Source: Eledone cirrhosa
Taxonomy: Eukaryota
Direction of reading: 5' to 3'
NCBI GenBank assembly: GCA_964016885.1
Contig: OZ024753.1
Span: 13,888,001-13,952,000 of the forward strand
Length of the DNA: 64,000 nucleotides
The translations under genes were made by a program, and so were the position numbers. Shown here piece by piece: positions 62,223-64,000 of this stretch. The notes below the pieces were generated by a model. It worked only from the letters and a program-made list of their open reading frames with translations, was not told the origin of the DNA and ran no database searches. Each line of letters opens with the position of its first letter. Position 1 is the stretch's first letter.

Positions 62223-63329
62223 ATAGATTGTTCACGTCACACACTTTACACAGTTACAAGTACATAATCTACTTTATACATACATGTGTACATTATCTGT
62301 TTAAAATTATATTTACAACAGCATGGTAATCAATTTTATAAGAGTGTTCGATTATTTACAACTTAAAAAATCATTATTATTAAATTAGCCAGGAGGGTGG
62401 TGGATTGGCAGTATCGGTAAAGGGTCGGACGCCATGCTTTGCAGGATAGAGCTACGGTCCTTTATGATCTGAGTTCAAAAAATCCCGCCGAGGTTAACTT
62501 TGCTTTTCATCCTCACGGGGTCGATAAAATAAAGTACCAGTAACCTACTGAGTCGATTTAATCGACTCCCCCTCCCCAATTGCTGGCCTTGTGCCTATAT
62601 AAGAAACCATTATTAAATTAGCCAGGAAAATTTAGTGGGCCTTCAGCGAAGCACCTGGAGAGGCAGGTCCATGCCGTCCTTCAGCATTGTCGGGTGTTGG
62701 ATGGATCGGTTAAATTGCTCAGGGTCTGGTTTGATCCGTAGCTCCAAATTGACACACTCTCATCCAGAAATAGGTCGAGAGGAAGCTATCCCCGAAAGGC
62801 CGGGCAAAGGTGGCAAATGCATACATCGCACCCATCATCTACTACCGCCTGACCGAGGTGCCTTGTTCTGGTCCACACCTGATTGTACTTGAGTGTTTAC
62901 TCTTTCGCTTTTTGTGGCATGCCGTCGCTGATGATGTGCAAATATGCACTAAGGTTATCACATCTCCATCTTTTTCTTGATGGTGAACAAATGTTGTCGT
63001 TGTTTGCTAGACGCAGTTTTCCACAGCTCTTCTCCCTGACAGAATTGCAGTCCTGGGTCAAGCAAAGGCCGAGAGGGAGCATAAGTAAATTGGAATGCCT
63101 GAAGCGCTCGCAGCCCTCAGCCAATCAGGCAGTGCGATTGGTGGAAACTCCACCTTGGCATTCTATAAGGTTTAGTGTCTGGTAAAAAGCAGCAACGTGC
63201 TTGGGGAGACTCTGGGCGTCGACAAAAATCAACTAGCCACTCTTTCTGAAGGACTTTCGGTCCTGAGCCCATAGATAACTTCCAGAAATCTATTGCCTGG
63301 CCGTGCTACCTGGGAACATTATCAGGCCC

Positions 63330-64000
63330 TGATATCTATATGGATGCCTGAGTATTTGTGTTGGGATAAATGGTGCTAAATCAAAACCATTTAATGTGGG
63401 AGTCGAACTCCGCCAAGGATGCGTACTGTCACCTCTCCTGTTCATTATTTACATGAACAGGTTTGACATGTGCAGCCAGGCTGGAAGTGGTATCATGACT
63501 GGCAGGTGTAAAATCAGTGGGCTGGAATTTGCAGATGACATGGTGTTACTTGACAGGACAGAAGGTGATCTTCGACTTAAACTCGATAGGTTTGATGCCG
63601 AGTGCTGCATGGCTGGAATGAAAATTAGTGCTGTGAAAACCCAGACGTTCGTCCTCTCAAGGAAGGACATGCAGCGCACTCTACATGTGAATATAGTTCC
63701 ACTGAAGTAGGTAGAGAAGTTTAAGTATCTTGAGGCCGTGTTCACGAGTGATGGAAGGCAGTAGGCTGAATTGAGTGTAAGGATAGCAGGAGCTAATGCA
63801 GTAATGCACCAGCTTCAGCATTCAGTAATCAGAAGGGAGGTAGGCGTAAAAGCCAGAATCACTATCTTCAATTCGGCATTCATGCCATCCTTTATCTATT
63901 GTCATGAATCTTGGGTAATGATTGAAATAATACGATCGCGAATGCAAGCGGCCGAAATAGGGTTTCTCCGAAGCGTTTTACTCGATAGAGTGCTTAGCTC
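63330..64000 (+). pseudogene. Degenerate RTE/Expander-like RT fragment
   Basis: GVELRQGCVLSPLLFIIYM, LEFADDMVL, GMKISAVKT and VEKFKYL with in-frame stops. Confidence 0.85.

Noticed and set aside
62635-63230. GC-richer block with short ORFs
   Set aside because: No recognisable motif in any frame; probably decayed TE, but it cannot be assigned.

Overview
This is eukaryotic, AT-rich, repeat-dominated DNA. Its SINE/LINE content and (TA)n/(CAT)n density look cephalopod (octopus-like); that is inferred from the sequence, not confirmed by a search. Two host genes are supported. One is the 3' part of a RIN/sprint-type Rab5 GEF (SH2 exons, then a 3.4-kb terminal exon with VPS9 and RA domains; +, 8822-15711). 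The other is an intronless AIG1/ADTRP-family membrane hydrolase (+, 59250-59951). The rest is mobile DNA: an intact RTE LINE ORF (APE-RT with an embedded PHD-type finger), a second truncated RTE family, CR1 and other LINE fragments, tRNA-derived SINEs, MITE- and Helitron-like elements, and many tandem arrays built from TE pieces. The most notable signal is a set of non-coding elements carrying type I hammerhead ribozyme motifs, inserted in (TA)n tracts and often arranged as fold-backs. The best case is a 422-bp unit present as two head-to-head tandem dimers (46319-47909) with four identical hammerheads, i.e. a retrozyme / non-autonomous Penelope-like element predicted to release a 422-nt RNA. 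At least four other hammerhead families occur in the window. Most ORFs in the supplied track are microsatellite or satellite artefacts.
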